In this document: in pieces, positions 1-13,400 of the stretch
Position numbering within the stretch: the first letter of the stretch is position 1
How the letters are laid out: each line of letters starts with the position of its first letter
DNA from: Psilocybe cubensis
Lineage: Eukaryota
Length of the DNA: 64,000 nucleotides
Direction of reading: 5' to 3'
NCBI GenBank assembly: GCA_017499595.2
Contig: JAFIQS020000014.1
Coordinates: 124,001-188,000 of the forward strand
Notes under the pieces: generated by a model
Told to the model about the DNA's origin: nothing
Database searches by the model: none
What the model saw: only the letters and a program-made list of their open reading frames with translations
Made by a program: the position numbers and the translations under genes

Positions 1-1181
1 TCTACGGCACCATTAACAGTACCACTGCTGAAACCTCCTGGAAGCGGCGAGCAAGGGTTTTCCAAACTTGATTCTGTAACAGTGTGAATTGACCTGCACA
101 ACACACCATGTTACGCGAAGGTACGTTCAGGTAGATCGAAAGACGTACTCTGGATCAAAGACAAATGTGACTGTGTCATTTATCTCAGCGGATATGGTAG
201 GAGGATCGAAGGAATTTCAGCCTTAGCTGCTAGGTGAAGCCTTCATACCTGGCAGTTGCCAGGTGTATGGGAAGTATCTACGCTGGCAACTGCCAGGTGC
301 CACATTTGAAGTCTTCAGCTGGGCGATGGTCAATACAGCCAAACAAATCCCAAACACGGTGAGCGGGGCCCCGCCGGGCGCGAAAAATGGCGTAGCTTGT
401 TGTTCGGGCGGCCGTTTGGGGCGGAAAAAAATGCGTCGGGGTCGGTTCGATGGGCAGACCACGTCGGCATTGTTTGCGCGACGTTATGGACAGCGGATGA
501 TTCATTTGTCTTTGTTTTGGACGTCAACCGGTTGGTGCACGAGCCAACCTTGGTTGTCATTTATCAGATAAAGCGAAGGTGAGGTTTCTTCTTTCAACGA
601 CCAAACCTAAACCTGCGATGAAATCAGACGACTAACGATGGGCAGAAGAAAGACTGAGCTTCACTGCATCACTTGATAAAAACTCCTGGACAGTGGAAGC
701 GAACTAACGGCCATTAGGTGGTCGTTTAATGACATCTTTGACACTGGAACGAGGACCCTTCTATCTTCTATCTTCTATCAATTAAAGGAGCACGTACTGC
801 ATTCAATAGTTATCAGTGAGAATGGGACAGATGAATGACCCCAGAGTGGGGGCCAGAAGAAAGTGTTCAAGGAAGGTCGACGGAAATTATCAGTCTGGGG
901 TCACATTATCGTATAATACTCCACTAAGCTCAGACATCTGGGTTACACAAATAGTAAAATGAATTCTGCTAACGCGAATAAGACACCTCATGGAGTGTCT
1001 GTACCAAACAGAAGAGTCTTCACATACAGGGTCCTGTGATTGGAATGTTCTGGAGCCTATTGTGTCCCTTCTTGTCGTCTACATACTGTACAATACCAGG
1101 GAACCGGTATTTGTATATAAACACGGACGCTCCAATTGATAGTCAAACTACTACCACCTTCATCCATTAACTTCGTCCAAA

Positions 1182-1852
1182 ATGTCTGACGGCGCTGAAC
1201 TTATCCAAAAGCACATCGAATTCACGGAGCTTTCTGCGCAATATCAGGAACTCTCTGTTTTCACACCACAATGTAGACATTCTTACAACTTACAGAGTTA
1301 AGATCTAACCATTCTTCGAACTTACACAGTGCCTGTCGGTGCAAACTGGGGATACTTGGGCCAGGTCGCCTGTACATCTGACGGCGACAATCAGGACCAC
1401 GTAAGAATTCAAATTTCAAAATTCCTCAACACACACTCACGCCTCAATCCCAGCGCGGCCTTATTTTCTTAGCAAAAGACGGCAGCGACGCCCTTGGCGA
1501 CATCATCGACTGGGCACCCGTATTCATCGACATCGAACAACGCCGATTCTCAACCTGGCGCGGTATTCTCGCCGATCCTGAGCGTTACGTGTGCGGTGGC
1601 GATTTCTTTGTGCTTGGGGCGGACAAGCCTACGGCGGAGCAGACAGCTGGTATCAGAGCCATCCGCAGGGATCTCGTTTCGGAACGTCAGCCGCAGCGTC
1701 GTATCTGGGAGGGACGCTTGCCCAAGGCGATATTGAGCATTTGGGATATTGTAGTTACGGACCGCCTCCATGTGATACCAGGCACGTTCGCATCGACGGA
1801 TACGGATTCTGTTGAGGGTTTGACCTTACCTGTGGTCCGTTTCAACGCCTAG
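1182..1852 (+). CDS. Vps62/DUF946-like small protein, copy 1 (186 aa, 3 exons: 1182-1272, 1330-1400, 1454-1852)
   Basis: GT-AG introns join an open frame MSDGAELIQKHIEF...VFTPQLPVGANWGYLGQVA...LAKDGSDALGDIIDW...STWRG...YVCGGDFFVLG..KPTAEQTAGIRAIRRDLV...VVRFNA*. Intron positions match the other paralogs. TATA-like TATATAAA at ~1113. The family name is from motif resemblance only. Confidence 0.85.
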
Positions 1853-2771
1853 AATGTTGTATGAGTGGATTTGGTATGTAATGTGATTGTGATCATGTCG
1901 AGTGCTCGTATTCATAACTCTACGCGTCAGGTGTGCAAAGAGGCCACACGCTTGCTGCGCGTGTATAATCTCTGCCTGGCAGCTATGATAATAGATTTAC
2001 CAGCAAGATGTGTTGTGTTGTGTAGAAAATACGATAAAAGAAAAGGCATTGGCCAAATTGCTGGGTCACATATCAATAGTCTGAACGCATTTCTTAACAT
2101 CAACTGTAAACTTGAATTCACCAGAGAAACCACGATTCCTGCAAATAAGTTACACAATACACTCACGAGTGTCAGAGAACATTCCCTAAACTACTTCTCT
2201 CGTCCTGCAATGCTACCGCGACAGCTGGAACATAGAAAACAGCAAAATACATGTATACAAATTCCCGGCTTGATTGGATGGAAGAGAACTTTGGTTTCGT
2301 GATTGCGTGATTGCGCTTTGAAGGATGAATGGAATGTAACACAGGTTTCCTTCCAACGGGCACCCACCGGAGTTTACCGAGAAAACAACACCTCCCTTGA
2401 AGTCAAGGGCTGGTTCCTCCTATCATTGTCGGTTATTATTTCTCTTGAGTGTTTATTAATAAATGGTCCCCAAAGTTATTGGCTCAGCTGGTCGGTGTAC
2501 CACTTTCACCGAACGCTATTTGTAGCAGTAAGACCAATTAAAGCTCTTTCGTTGGAATATTGGAGCCTTGAGCTAATTGTGGAATGACCACCACTACCTC
2601 ATCCGTGTTCGGTACAACATATATTTAGGGTATGGCAATGGTAATTAGTATAAAAGTCGATGTATTCCTCAGTATGGCATTTCAGAGTCACTTCAACAAT
2701 ATTCACTGATCAGTCAAACTCCTCTTACAGCTACTGTAACTACCACTCTCTAACGATATTCAATATTCAAA

Positions 2772-3477
2772 ATGGCAGATATCAACTCGGAACTGACCAA
2801 GCAGGTTATCGAATTCACTGAGGTCTTTGCCGAGTTGGATGACCTCGTCGTTTTCACGCCAAAACGTACGTTTTATCAACACTAGCTTGAGTGGTCAAAC
2901 AATTCCATCTAATTAACATTCCTCACAGTACCAGTTGGCGCGAACTGGGGATACCTGGGCCCAGTCGCCTGGAAGCGTGATAGTGATATTGAACAGCACG
3001 TATGTCTGCCCGGCATCTGATAATATTATCATTCACGAACAGTTTCAAATTTCCGTACCCTCGCTTTCTCAATCACAGTACGGCGTGATTTTGTTGACCA
3101 AAGACGGCAGCGACGCGCTTGGAGAGATTGTGGATTGGGTCCCCAATATGGGCACCATTGAGCCATCAAGATTCACAACCTGGCGCGGTATCCCTGCCGA
3201 TCCTGAGAAATACGTATCTGGGGGCGACTTGTTCGTGCTCGGCATGGACAAACCAACCGCAGAGCAAACGGCTGGTATCAAAGCGATCCGAAAGGACCTT
3301 GTCATCGAGAGGACGCCGGACCATCTCATCTGGTCGCGCAGGCTTCCGCGTGACACTGTGTCGCTTAACGATGTTAGGATTGTTACCGGTGTTGAACTGG
3401 CTTCGGGAGCGTTTGTGTCAACTAGTGCCCATGCGGGGGAGGAGAGAACTATCCCTGTAATCCGCTTCTTTTCCTAG
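2772..3477 (+). CDS. Vps62/DUF946-like small protein, copy 2 (187 aa; exons 2772-2865, 2929-2999, 3079-3477)
   Basis: Same exon phases and motifs (VFTPK/LPVGANWGYLG/LTKDGSDALGEIVDW/TTWRGIPADPEKYVSGGD/KPTAEQTAGIKAIRKDLV). TATAAAA at ~2648. Confidence 0.85.
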
Positions 3478-4797
3478 TTCTGACTCTGAGTCAAGTACAG
3501 AGCTTCCTGGTATGTGAACATAACAACGCATTGATGTGTTTTCTGACAGGTTATATAGGCTCCAACACGATCGCTGCGCGTGTATAACTTTGTTTGGCAG
3601 TGAAAAAAAAATGTCGAGATGAATTGTACAATGTAGAAAAATAAAATAAAATAAAAAACTTCTGTTCATTTGGAGACATGTCAATGAACTGTGAAAGAAA
3701 GAAAGTCACTAAAAAAATTGATACTAAAGTGGCTGTTTCAAGCAAGACGGAAGTGTACCGTGATGTACGACATCCAACGAGCCATCGTTGAGGTAGGAAT
3801 CTGTTGACACGTGGAAAATATGTTGGTTCCTCTGCGTCGCAGAGTTGCGGGGGTCGAGGAGGAAGGGAGAGCAGTCATTAGGTGATAAAGTAATGTTTGA
3901 ACGATTTTTAGGGAGGTCGAGCTTAGTGGGATGACACTTCCGTACGAGTTCTGAATAGCCTATGGCATGGTGGGCCTTGAGTCAGCTCGGAATAATATAT
4001 TTCCCTTGTACACAGTTTAGGTTTCCTGTATACCGACTAGCTGACTAGAAAGCAGTGGAGGCAGTTCAGTATTACGAGTAAAAGTAGTCTCAAAACCAAA
4101 CCGTTATGTCCCGCCTTCATACCCTGAGCTTTTTCATTTATTCTCCAACACTTCAGATTTTGGTGTTACATTCGATTTTTTTTAATAGTCTGTGGAGATT
4201 ATTTATCAAGTCTGGTCTATTATTCATCCCTGGTGTCTTTGTCTTGTAATAAATCAACTTGATGTAACTGTCCGAACAAATACTCCAAGGCGTGATTTGG
4301 AGAGGCTTCATTGTTCTGGGTAAGCGTAGTCAAACAGCAAGGCAGCTTCTTTAGATAGAGAAGAACAAAGGGAGATTACACGGTATGTAAAGATGCTGTA
4401 GAGATTTTCCACTGATCTTAGGATAGAATCCTTTGATCAGTCATCACTTGAAGCGAGGTTAATGACCCTGAAGTGGGGGACCGAAGACGCTCAAGGAAGC
4501 TCAACGGAAATTATTGCTTGTTATGTATTTCTGCACTCCCGCCAGTTGTTTGGTGTTCTTGGAAGTTGCTATGAAAGAATACAAGGCGGTTCTGAGGGAA
4601 TTTTGCACTCAGAACACACAGGGACCTTTCATTGGAATAATCGGCAACTTATAGAAACGGTGACTTTACAGTACGGAATACGGTAAGTGAACATGGTATA
4701 AAGGTCTCTGCTCTACTAACTGGGCTTTCAGAATCCCTCGAACCGCTCACCCAACATCCAAACTATCAGTTCCTCTTCTCCCTAAACGTATTAAAAA

Positions 4798-5488
4798 ATG
4801 TCTGAAGGTATCGAGCTGGTGAAAAAGCACATAGAATTCACGGAGGTCTTCGCTGAATACGACGACCTTGTTGTCTACACACCAAGATGTAGGTATCATC
4901 GCAGTACCAGTTGCACATATTTGGTCGTTTAACCATCATCTTTTGCATAGTGCCCCTCGGGGAAAATTGGGCATATCTAGGCCAGGTCGCCAGGAAACGC
5001 GATGGTGAAATTCCAGACCATGTAAGAATTCCATCCATTCCTTAGTTATGCAATGTTAATGACCTATCCTGAATCCTTCTGATTTCCAGTCCGGGATGAT
5101 CCTGTTGGCAAAGGATGGCAGCGATCCTCTGGGAGACATCGTCGATTGGGAGCCCGTTATGCATGGCATTCACCCAACGCCATTCTCAAGTTGGAGGGGC
5201 ATCCCCGCTGATCCTGAGAGATACGTGTCAGGCGGTGATTTCTTCGTGCTTGGAATGAACAAGCCGACTCCAGAACAGACTGCAGGTATCAAAGCCATTC
5301 GCAGAGACCTAATTTTGGAGAGTAAACCAGATCGTTGCATTTGGGGTGTCCCCCTGCCATTCAATGGACTTACCATCTGGGATGTTACACTGTTGGTTTT
5401 GACTCACCAGCCAACGGGAGCATTTGTCTCAACATCTGCACAATCCGCCGACGGCATAACCCTCCCTGTGATCTTTTTCAAAGCCTAG
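4798..5488 (+). CDS. Vps62/DUF946-like small protein, copy 3 (186 aa; exons 4798-4888, 4951-5021, 5090-5488)
   Basis: Open spliced frame MSEGIELVKKHIEF...LPLGENWAYLGQVA...LAKDGSDPLGDIVDWEP...LPVIFFKA* with canonical GT-AG introns. Confidence 0.85.
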
Positions 5489-5769
5489 CAGACCGTCATA
5501 AGCACTGGTACGTTATCTCGTGCTCACATACTCATCAGGTTAATGTCTTTTGCTGATCTATTTCACAGAATTGACACGCCGCTGCGCGTGTATAAATTTT
5601 TGCAGTAAAGGAATCGTTGTATAGGTCTCTGTGTCGTTTTGTTAGAAAAAAACAATACAAATATCATTGAGACTCGGACTCAGCACCGTGTACATGAATC
5701 TATGGGACGACAATTCCATGCACTTCTTCCCCATTTATCATGGTTACCAAAACCTCCCGAGTGAGCTAG

Positions 5770-6030
5770 GACGCAATCGTCTCGTCTGCAAGGTACGCTT
5801 TTTCATAAAAATAGCGCTGTCCTGGGTCATTAGACATAAAAGCTTCATTCACGCTCCATCTGGAGCTTTTACTTCGACATCCAACGACTTTGCCAAAGAC
5901 CTAATGCTCCCTGTCGTGCGTTTCAACGCCTTAAAGATTTTCGTAAATCATGGCATGTTACATGATTCCAGATTTGTCACTGTGTTGAAGTATACGATTT
6001 ACACGGCTGCTGCACTGAACATGTATAATG
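5770..6030 (+). pseudogene. 3' relic of a Vps62-like family copy
   Basis: Translates to ...PSGAFTSTSNDFAKDLMLPVVRFNA, matching the C-terminus of copy 1. No 5' exons. A degraded 3'-UTR motif follows. Confidence 0.7.
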
Positions 6031-6623
6031 TTACATAGTAAACGGCATCTGTTGCTGTATCACCCACAATTGCATGTCTTTAGCAAATTACAAGTACCAT
6101 TGTCGGCCATGCATCCACTACATAGTTTTCATACAGCTTCTCAAAGCGTAACCTTACTCAGAATTAACGCGAATCACCATGAAGTGCGGGACCGAGGAAG
6201 GAAGAATCACCAAAGCATGTCGACGGAAATTACCTTTGTGTTACTACACCCCCCGCCGCCAGGTGGCAGGCGGTCAATATACGCTGAAGAAAAATGAAGG
6301 CTGAAATGGTGTATACATCAACGCGAAATAAGCGAGGCGGTTTTTATATATGATGAAGTGAATACCATTCGGAACGTGCGAGCCTTGTGTTGGGTTAGGT
6401 TAGTTAGGTGACGTTGTTATGTTATGTTATGGGAGAGCCAGCGGTGAGATGGGACAGTATAAAAGTCTGTACACCCCGCACCCCACACGGCCTCGAAAAT
6501 TCCAATCGTCTCGAAAACACACACCTACCTCGCTTGGCAGGAAAAGGAAGTGCACCATCGCCACCGACACCGATACCAACTCCAACTCCAACGCAAACTG
6601 AATTCAATTTTTTCAACTTGACA

Positions 6624-7608
6624 ATGTGCAGCCGCGGCGAACTCGTCCAAAAACACATCGAATTCACAAATATCTCCGCTGAATACGAGGATCTGGTAGT
6701 CTTCACGCCAAAATGCAGGTACCATCTCCATCTCTATATTCATCCTTTTTATTCCTATTTGTATCTCTTCGATATGAAATCGAGTTTGAGTTTCAAGTTT
6801 TGAGTTTCGAGTTACGTGGATTCAATTATTATTAAAGGATAACGGAGTTCCTTATAGCTTAATAAAACACTTTTTCCTGTTTTTGTGCAGTGCCTGTTGG
6901 CGAAGAGTGGGCGTACCTAGGCCAGGTTGCGTGGAAGCGGGGTGGTACAACTCCAGATCATGTAAGTCTTCCATTCCACTATACGTAGTAGATAATACTA
7001 TATACACACCAGTTTGACTGATTCCATCTAACATGCGGTTATGCATCGTCCTCACTGCGCATTCATAATATCCCTAGAAAGGGTTGATTCTGCTAGCGAA
7101 AGACGGTAGCGACGCGCTGGGGGATATAGTTGACTGGATACCCACATCCACCTTCTCCTTCTCCGCCTCCACTTCCTCCCCTTCCACCTCGATCACCTCT
7201 ACTTCCCCCTCACCCGTATTCTCAACCTGGCGCGGCGACCCATCCAACCCGCACAAATACGTTTGCGGAGGCGACTTCCTTGTCCTCAGATGCACCAAGC
7301 CCACACCCGCGCAGAAGGTGGGGATTAAGGCAATACGGAGGGATCTTGTGTTGGAGGTTAGACCGGATCGGGGTGTGTGGGCGCGTGAGGGGGTGGTGTG
7401 GGGTGTCGCTGTGGAGGGAGGCGTGGACACGGAGAACTTTGGCGTGAGGGGGCAGATGCTGAGTGTGTGCAATGCAGATAGGGTGGATTTGCTGCATAAG
7501 CGGACAGGAGCATTTGCGGTTGTGGTTGGACGATCAGGATCAGGATCAGGAGCTGGATCTGCGGTTGGGGCCAGTGCGAGGGTTGTTGTTGTACGGTTTG
7601 ATGCGTAG
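6624..7608 (+). CDS. Vps62/DUF946-like protein, divergent copy 4 (~230 aa; exons 6624-6714, 6891-6961, 7078-7608; first intron GC-AG)
   Basis: Family motifs are retained, with Ser/Thr-rich and Gly/Ser-rich insertions. The frame is kept only if the GC donor at 6715 (T|GCAGGT, homologous to T|GTAGGT of copy 3) is used. Confidence 0.7.
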
Positions 7609-7716
7609 GATTGGAGTTCAAGTTGGATTTGGATATTGGATCTGGTTTTGGTTTTGGTTTTAGATATTAGATATTAGAGGGTTCGAGAGAGTTGGTGTGA
7701 ATGCTGGATATTGCAT

Positions 7717-9094
7717 GCGACGGTGAGCAAAGTAACTTATTTGAGTAACTTGGCTAACTTGTCACCCGCCAAGTTAGACACGGTAACTTGCGGTAACTTT
7801 TCTCACGCTTGTGCGCCACTAACTTGTAACTTGCGGGAGTCACGTGTTCTTCACCAAACGGTTCAAACCTTGCATCGTCAAAGTCATTTTTCTGCCACAA
7901 AGGGCCATACAACACTGAAGATTAATTTTCCACAATATTAGATTACAGTATCAATAGAAAAGTAGCTTTGTTGAGTATGTATATGCATGCGTGCAGTTTG
8001 TGCGCAATGAATGTTTCCTCTTGCATATGCGTGAGAACAATGCCTCGGAGAGTGGTCAATACTATCTAGTTTCCTGCCTTTATGTCGTTATGTGAGTCCT
8101 ATGTATAATCAATTAGATAGATACTTGTATGCTATATACAACATCAGAAATAACTGCATAATGTAATATTCTCTGTCTCTGAAATTGAAATAAGACTACT
8201 ATCCTACTTCTTAGTTCTCTTGCTCCTTCTTTTCTCACTCTTGTCCACCACTACCCTAGCCCTGTTTTCCTGCTTGGTTGGGGCTAACTGCATGAGCTGA
8301 TTCCCTTACCAGCGCACATTTCAGTCTGAATTGGAGAATACAAAGTAGTCTGATAATAAACCTTGTGTAATCTGACCTCTACTTGTACCACCTTTGATTG
8401 TGCTTGTTTTTTGTGCCAGAAAATTGAACCAGAAACTCATGTCCGGCAATACCTACTTTGTACTGCATTGGGATTATATCCCACCAGAATTGGTGGACTA
8501 GGATAATAGACCTGGTTTCCATAAGGTCCAATACACCAGATGTAAAGAATATTGTTGTGCATTATTTGGTGAGGGTTTTGGAGTTTTTTTCGGCTGAAAG
8601 AGACCAAAAAAATCCCTTACACGCTAAAGCTTGGTTAAATAACTGAGGGAGCAAAGATCTCCAATTAACGAGATGCATTTAAGTGATCCGTACCCCTCTC
8701 TTGTGGATATCAATGCAAATTGGCTTGGACAAGATTGAATTTGTTGCCTCAATCTATATAACCACTTTAAAGAACACCTTAAAAGTATAAAGTAGCAGTA
8801 TTAGATTAATTCTGAATATATTTGACCATATTGTGTACCGTATTCCATGATTTAACTTCGTCAGCACTCATCTCGGTTGACAATTCCCATGAAGTCAGCT
8901 TGCTAGGGTTAGAGTTAGGGTTAAAATGCTGAACTTTAGGGTTAAAATGTTGAGCTCATGTGCTCTGATCAAGTTAACTTATTTCACACTCCGCTAACTT
9001 TGCGGCGACAAAGTAACTTGCCCTAACAAAAGTTAGAATAAGTTACTTTTGTCACAGCAAGTTAGGTGGTGCAAGTTACTTTGTCAACCACCCC
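7717..9094. mobile_element. Degenerate non-autonomous TIR element with TAACTT/AAGTTA subterminal repeats
   Basis: Imperfect 22-bp inverted termini (GCGACGGTGAGCAAAGTAACTT vs reverse complement GGGGTGGTTGACAAAGTAACTT). TAACTT motifs cluster at both ends. Interior is AT-rich. The TSD is only imperfect (ATTGCAT/ATTTGAT). Confidence 0.5.
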
Positions 9095-9121
9095 ATTTGA
9101 TGTGTGGTAATAAAATTGTAC

Positions 9122-9860
9122 AATAATAGGTTACTTAAAGTTAGCTTCGATATATCTTCGCCTTTTATTTTTATTCAAGTTGTCCGGGTCAGTTCAGACG
9201 GAATATGTCACTTCAGACTTCAGAACTCTGTGCCAAATCAAAGTAACTAACATTAGCTGAAACTGTCATTACCTTATCAAAAATAATAAGTAGGGAGGTT
9301 AAGATGGGATACGGGTGGAGTTTGTCATAATCGATGCCACGGACTTGGCCTTTTGGTTTGAATTTGGATTTTGAAAAATTGTGTAGGTGGGTAAGAGTAC
9401 ATAGGTGTGTTGGAGAGTATGTCATAGACTGATAGAGTTTTGTGATGGGTATCGGATGGTTTGTGTTGCGGATTGTGGATTGTGGATTGCGGGTAAGGGG
9501 AGACGACGGTGGGTATCGAGGAAGAGGTGCCAGTGTCAGACTCAGAGTCAAGGTACGTACCAGAATTGTACCCAATACTGTGTCTATAACCCAAGCTGAG
9601 TGGTGAGTTCTATCCTTATCCTCATCCTCAAGTGCACCACAAAAAAATAAAAGCCAGTGTCAGTGTCAGTATGGCTCTACAAGGTCTTAGGCCTTGACGG
9701 TGAAAAAGGTGAGAGAGTGAATGGGTGATGTCGTCAGCACTGAGCACATATCGCTGTCGGCGCTTTCTCCCCTTGTGAAAAGAAAGGGGCGGCACCAGAA
9801 GACAACAGCATCTGTGCTGTCTGTCTGTCTTAGACTCAGTTACAGTGCTTGTACGTCAAA
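9122..9860 (+). repeat. Dispersed copy of the ~1-kb unit found twice upstream of the MADS-box gene
   Basis: Shares GGAATATGTCA(C/T)TTC, AACTAACATTAGCTG, ATCGGATGGTT, GGTGAGAGAGTGAAT and AAGGGGCGGCA in the same order with 46650-47650 and 47990-49015. Confidence 0.8.
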
Positions 9861-10451
9861 GTTCCTCGCCGAATATCGGCACTCATCAGAGCTCGAATAG
9901 CCAACTGAGTTGGAAAAGTATTTTTAGCTTGCTATTCAACATGTGTTTTTAATTACATCTTGGACAATGAAACGTGAACCCTTCTACTATCTACAATTCA
10001 AACGAGTACGCACGGCTTCCCAGTGTTACCTAGAATGAAAGAGAATACATGAGACAGACAGAATAATGAATCTAAAGTGGGGGTCCGAAGAAGGGGTTTA
10101 CGCAATTTGGTCGTCGGACATTATCGGTCTGAGGCCACATTGTGTCATATACTAGTTTAATGGAAACAATAGCACTCAGTATGTAGGAAACAGACTGATA
10201 TATTCGGTAAGCTGTACCTAATGGAAACAATAGCACTACACGGAAGTTTGAGTAAAGGTAAATAAGGGATATTAGAACATAGCTCACCTCAGTATGTAGG
10301 AAACAGACTGAGGTGGCTCGTCGACGAGAAACAAAATATATAGGGACACAAACATGAATGTTGCGTGTCCATTCAAGAAAGAAAGAACAAAATAAACATA
10401 TGCCAACATGCGCAAACGCGGCGTGTCGGTTTGAATATCCAACACTCCCCC

Positions 10452-13400
10452 TCAAACCGAACGAAGTCCCATCGCCGCCGCAAAGTGTTTTGCCTTCACA
10501 CTAGGTAAGGCCTTGGTCAGAACATCGGCAGTTTGATCGTTGGTCGGGCAATAAATGAGTTTGATGGAGCCAGAATGAATAACGTAGCGAATAAAATGAT
10601 AACGAATGTCGATGTGCTTGGTGCGGGCGTGGTATTGACCACCGTTAGCGAGCGCGATTGCAGATTGGTTGTTGCCGTACAGAGTGGTGGGGTTTTCGAC
10701 ATTGGAAAATATCTCAGAGATAAGCCGGCGCAGCCACACGGCTTCTTTCGCAGCGTGGGTAGCGGCAACGTACTCGGCTTTGGTCGTTGACAAGGTAACG
10801 AGTTCCTGCTTTTTCGACGCCCACAAAACTGCTCCTCCATCCACCATGAACATGTAGCCAGTAATGGCGTGTCTATGCTCCTGCGAAGCTCCATCCGCAT
10901 CCACAAAACCAACCAGGTCCCTCTCCTCTCCACCGTACACCAACGCGAACTCTCGTGTGCCTTTCAAATAACGAAAAATGCGCTTCACGGCCTCCCAATG
11001 GATCCAAGCTGGATTTTCGAGGAACTGAGCCACAGTGCTCGTTGCAAATGCGATATCGGGGCGTGTTCCCAACGCGGCGTACATCAACGACCCGACGGCC
11101 TTGCGATACGGAATGTTTTTCATGCGAGCGATGTCGGCAAGGGAAGTGGGGCATTGCGAGCGACCGAGCGGCTGGTTTGGGTCCATGGGAATCGACGACG
11201 GCTTCAAATCATCGAAATTGAAGCGGCTGAGGATAGAGTTGATATAGGCGGTTTGGGACAGGGAAATGGTTTTCGAGATGGTGTCGCGCACCACCTTGAT
11301 ACCGAGGAGCCATGAACACGCACCCAGGTCCGTCATCGAGTACCTCTTGTTGATGTCGACCTTGAACTGACGTATCATTTTCATGCAGCTTCCTGTCACC
11401 ATGCAGTCATCGACGTGCACCCCCATAATCACAATCTTCCGCCCGTCATTCTTTACAAACACCCCATGGTCCGCCTCCAACCTCCTAAACCCCAACTCCA
11501 TCATTGCCTCGCACAGCGCGTCGTACCAGTTTCTCACCCCCTGCTTCAAGCCATACAGTGCCTTCTTCAAGTGAAAGACATTTGCTTTCGGATCCGCCTC
11601 TGCATATCCGCGAGGCTATTCGAGGTACACGACCTCGTCGTCGGCGAGCGGCGCGTTCAAAAATGCGCTATCAAAATCAAAACATTCAATGGGCCATTGG
11701 TTACGATTGGCGATGGCGATGAGGAATCGGAATGTGGATAGACGGGCGACGGGTGCGTATGTTTCATAAAAATCAACACCGTGGACCTGGATAAAGCCCC
11801 TGGCAACTAACCGCGCCTTGTACTTGTCTATCTCTCCTGCAGCGTTCTTTTTGATTCGCAAGACCCATTTGCAGTCGACAACATTCGCATTTTCCGGCCT
11901 TGCCACGACTTCCCAGGTGCCGTTCTTGCGGAGCGAAGCCAGCTCTGCCTGGATTGCTTGCTCCCATTTCGGCCAGTTGAAACGCTTCCTCGCCTCTGCA
12001 AACGTGGGGTTGAGATTTTCGGCGTCATCCATCACCGTCGCCATCACAAAATCCGCCACCTCGACCATCTCCCATTCATCAACCATCCCCGCTTCCTCGG
12101 TCTGTGATTCCTCCAAACCGAGCTGCAAGCCACGAGGTAGCACATTTCGAGACTTCGGCAGGTTACTCGGAACCCCCTCTCCATCTCGAAGCCGCCGCAC
12201 GTACGCGCTTTCCTTCCTCACGCGCTTCCCCCGCCTAACCTCCTGGTTATCTTCCTCCTCAGTGGCAGCTTCAGTTTCAGGTGCCTTCGTGCTGGGAGCG
12301 GGTGAAATGGGGCGCTCGACCGTCTCTTCAACTTCGTCCTCGTCCAACTCATCCAACTTCTCTTCCTCCCCCTCGAGCGACACAATTTCAACCACGATTT
12401 CCACGTCTTCAGGTAAGAAATTGACGCTTCGCTCAATGGTGACTGTTCGCTTATCCGCCCAGTAGATCCAATGACCCATGCTCTCCTCATCAAATCCCAT
12501 CCACCGCCCTTCCTTTGTCCTTCCGTCAAGCTTTCCGCCATCAGTGTCGTGCACCAAAACTCTGCAACCCCAAGGATGTGTCTGCGATAAGTCCGGCTTC
12601 GACCCAGTAAGGAGCTCAAAGGGTGTGGTGTTCTCGAGAGATCGGGTCCAAGTCCGATTCTTTAGGTAGACTGAGTAGTTGAGGGCCTCGCCCCAGAGGA
12701 ATTTTGGGAGTTTGGCATCGTGCAGCATAGCCCGGTGGAGGCGTTGGATCGGACAGCGCACAGAGGGATGGTGGTGGAAGCTTGTTGAGTCTGCGCTACA
12801 CAATGTACGGAAGTCTATCTACGTGGTCACGTGACTAACAACCGAATCCCCTGGTACATGTTTCCCCGTCCCACAAAAGCAACGTCCGCGTTGCAACAAA
12901 AACACAAACCCAAAATAAAAATTAAAAATATACTAACTAGAAATCTTCTTCAAGCGAGCCTTGATTCGGCGTATGAAGCTTCGAAATTGTGTGGCCGATT
13001 TTCCAAAAGACAGAAGACGGAAAGGGTGAACCTGCTTGCAGCTTTGCCAGTGCAACAAAGGTTTGTCGGAACACGATTCGGGAACTCGAATTTGTGCGGT
13101 AGATGAAACTGTAGTCGAGGTGGGTCTGCTTGGTGGCTGAGAACAGGGAATGCGGGTGGCTGACACCAAACTAGATGAGAAGTGCTCGGAAATTGGTGAT
13201 GGACTTTGGCAACGTTGGAATCGGCGGTGAATGGAGCTGAACGGATTGGGAGTGATTCGGAGGGGTGAATATGGATAGGATTGACCGCCCGTAATAAGAA
13301 AGGAGGATCCAATGAACGTGGGGTGAGTGGTAGGGCATGCCTCCCTGGCCCACCTATTTTTCGGCTTTTTGCTGGCAGATGGCAACTGAGGGGTGGCGGT

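Noticed and set aside
223-680. Palindromes CCTGGCAGTTGCCAGG / CTGGCAACTGCCAG and short ORFs
   Set aside because: Possibly a repeat relic, but no convincing TIR pair, TSD or coding signal.
1946-1990. 3' hairpin as a Helitron terminus, or as a coding mini-exon (TRSLRVYN)
   Set aside because: No consistent downstream CTRR end. It lies after the stop codon, and copy 3 has a 1-nt indel within it.
8903-8945. Telomere-like TTAGGG repeats
   Set aside because: Only 2-3 degenerate units inside a TIR relic; no evidence of a chromosome end.
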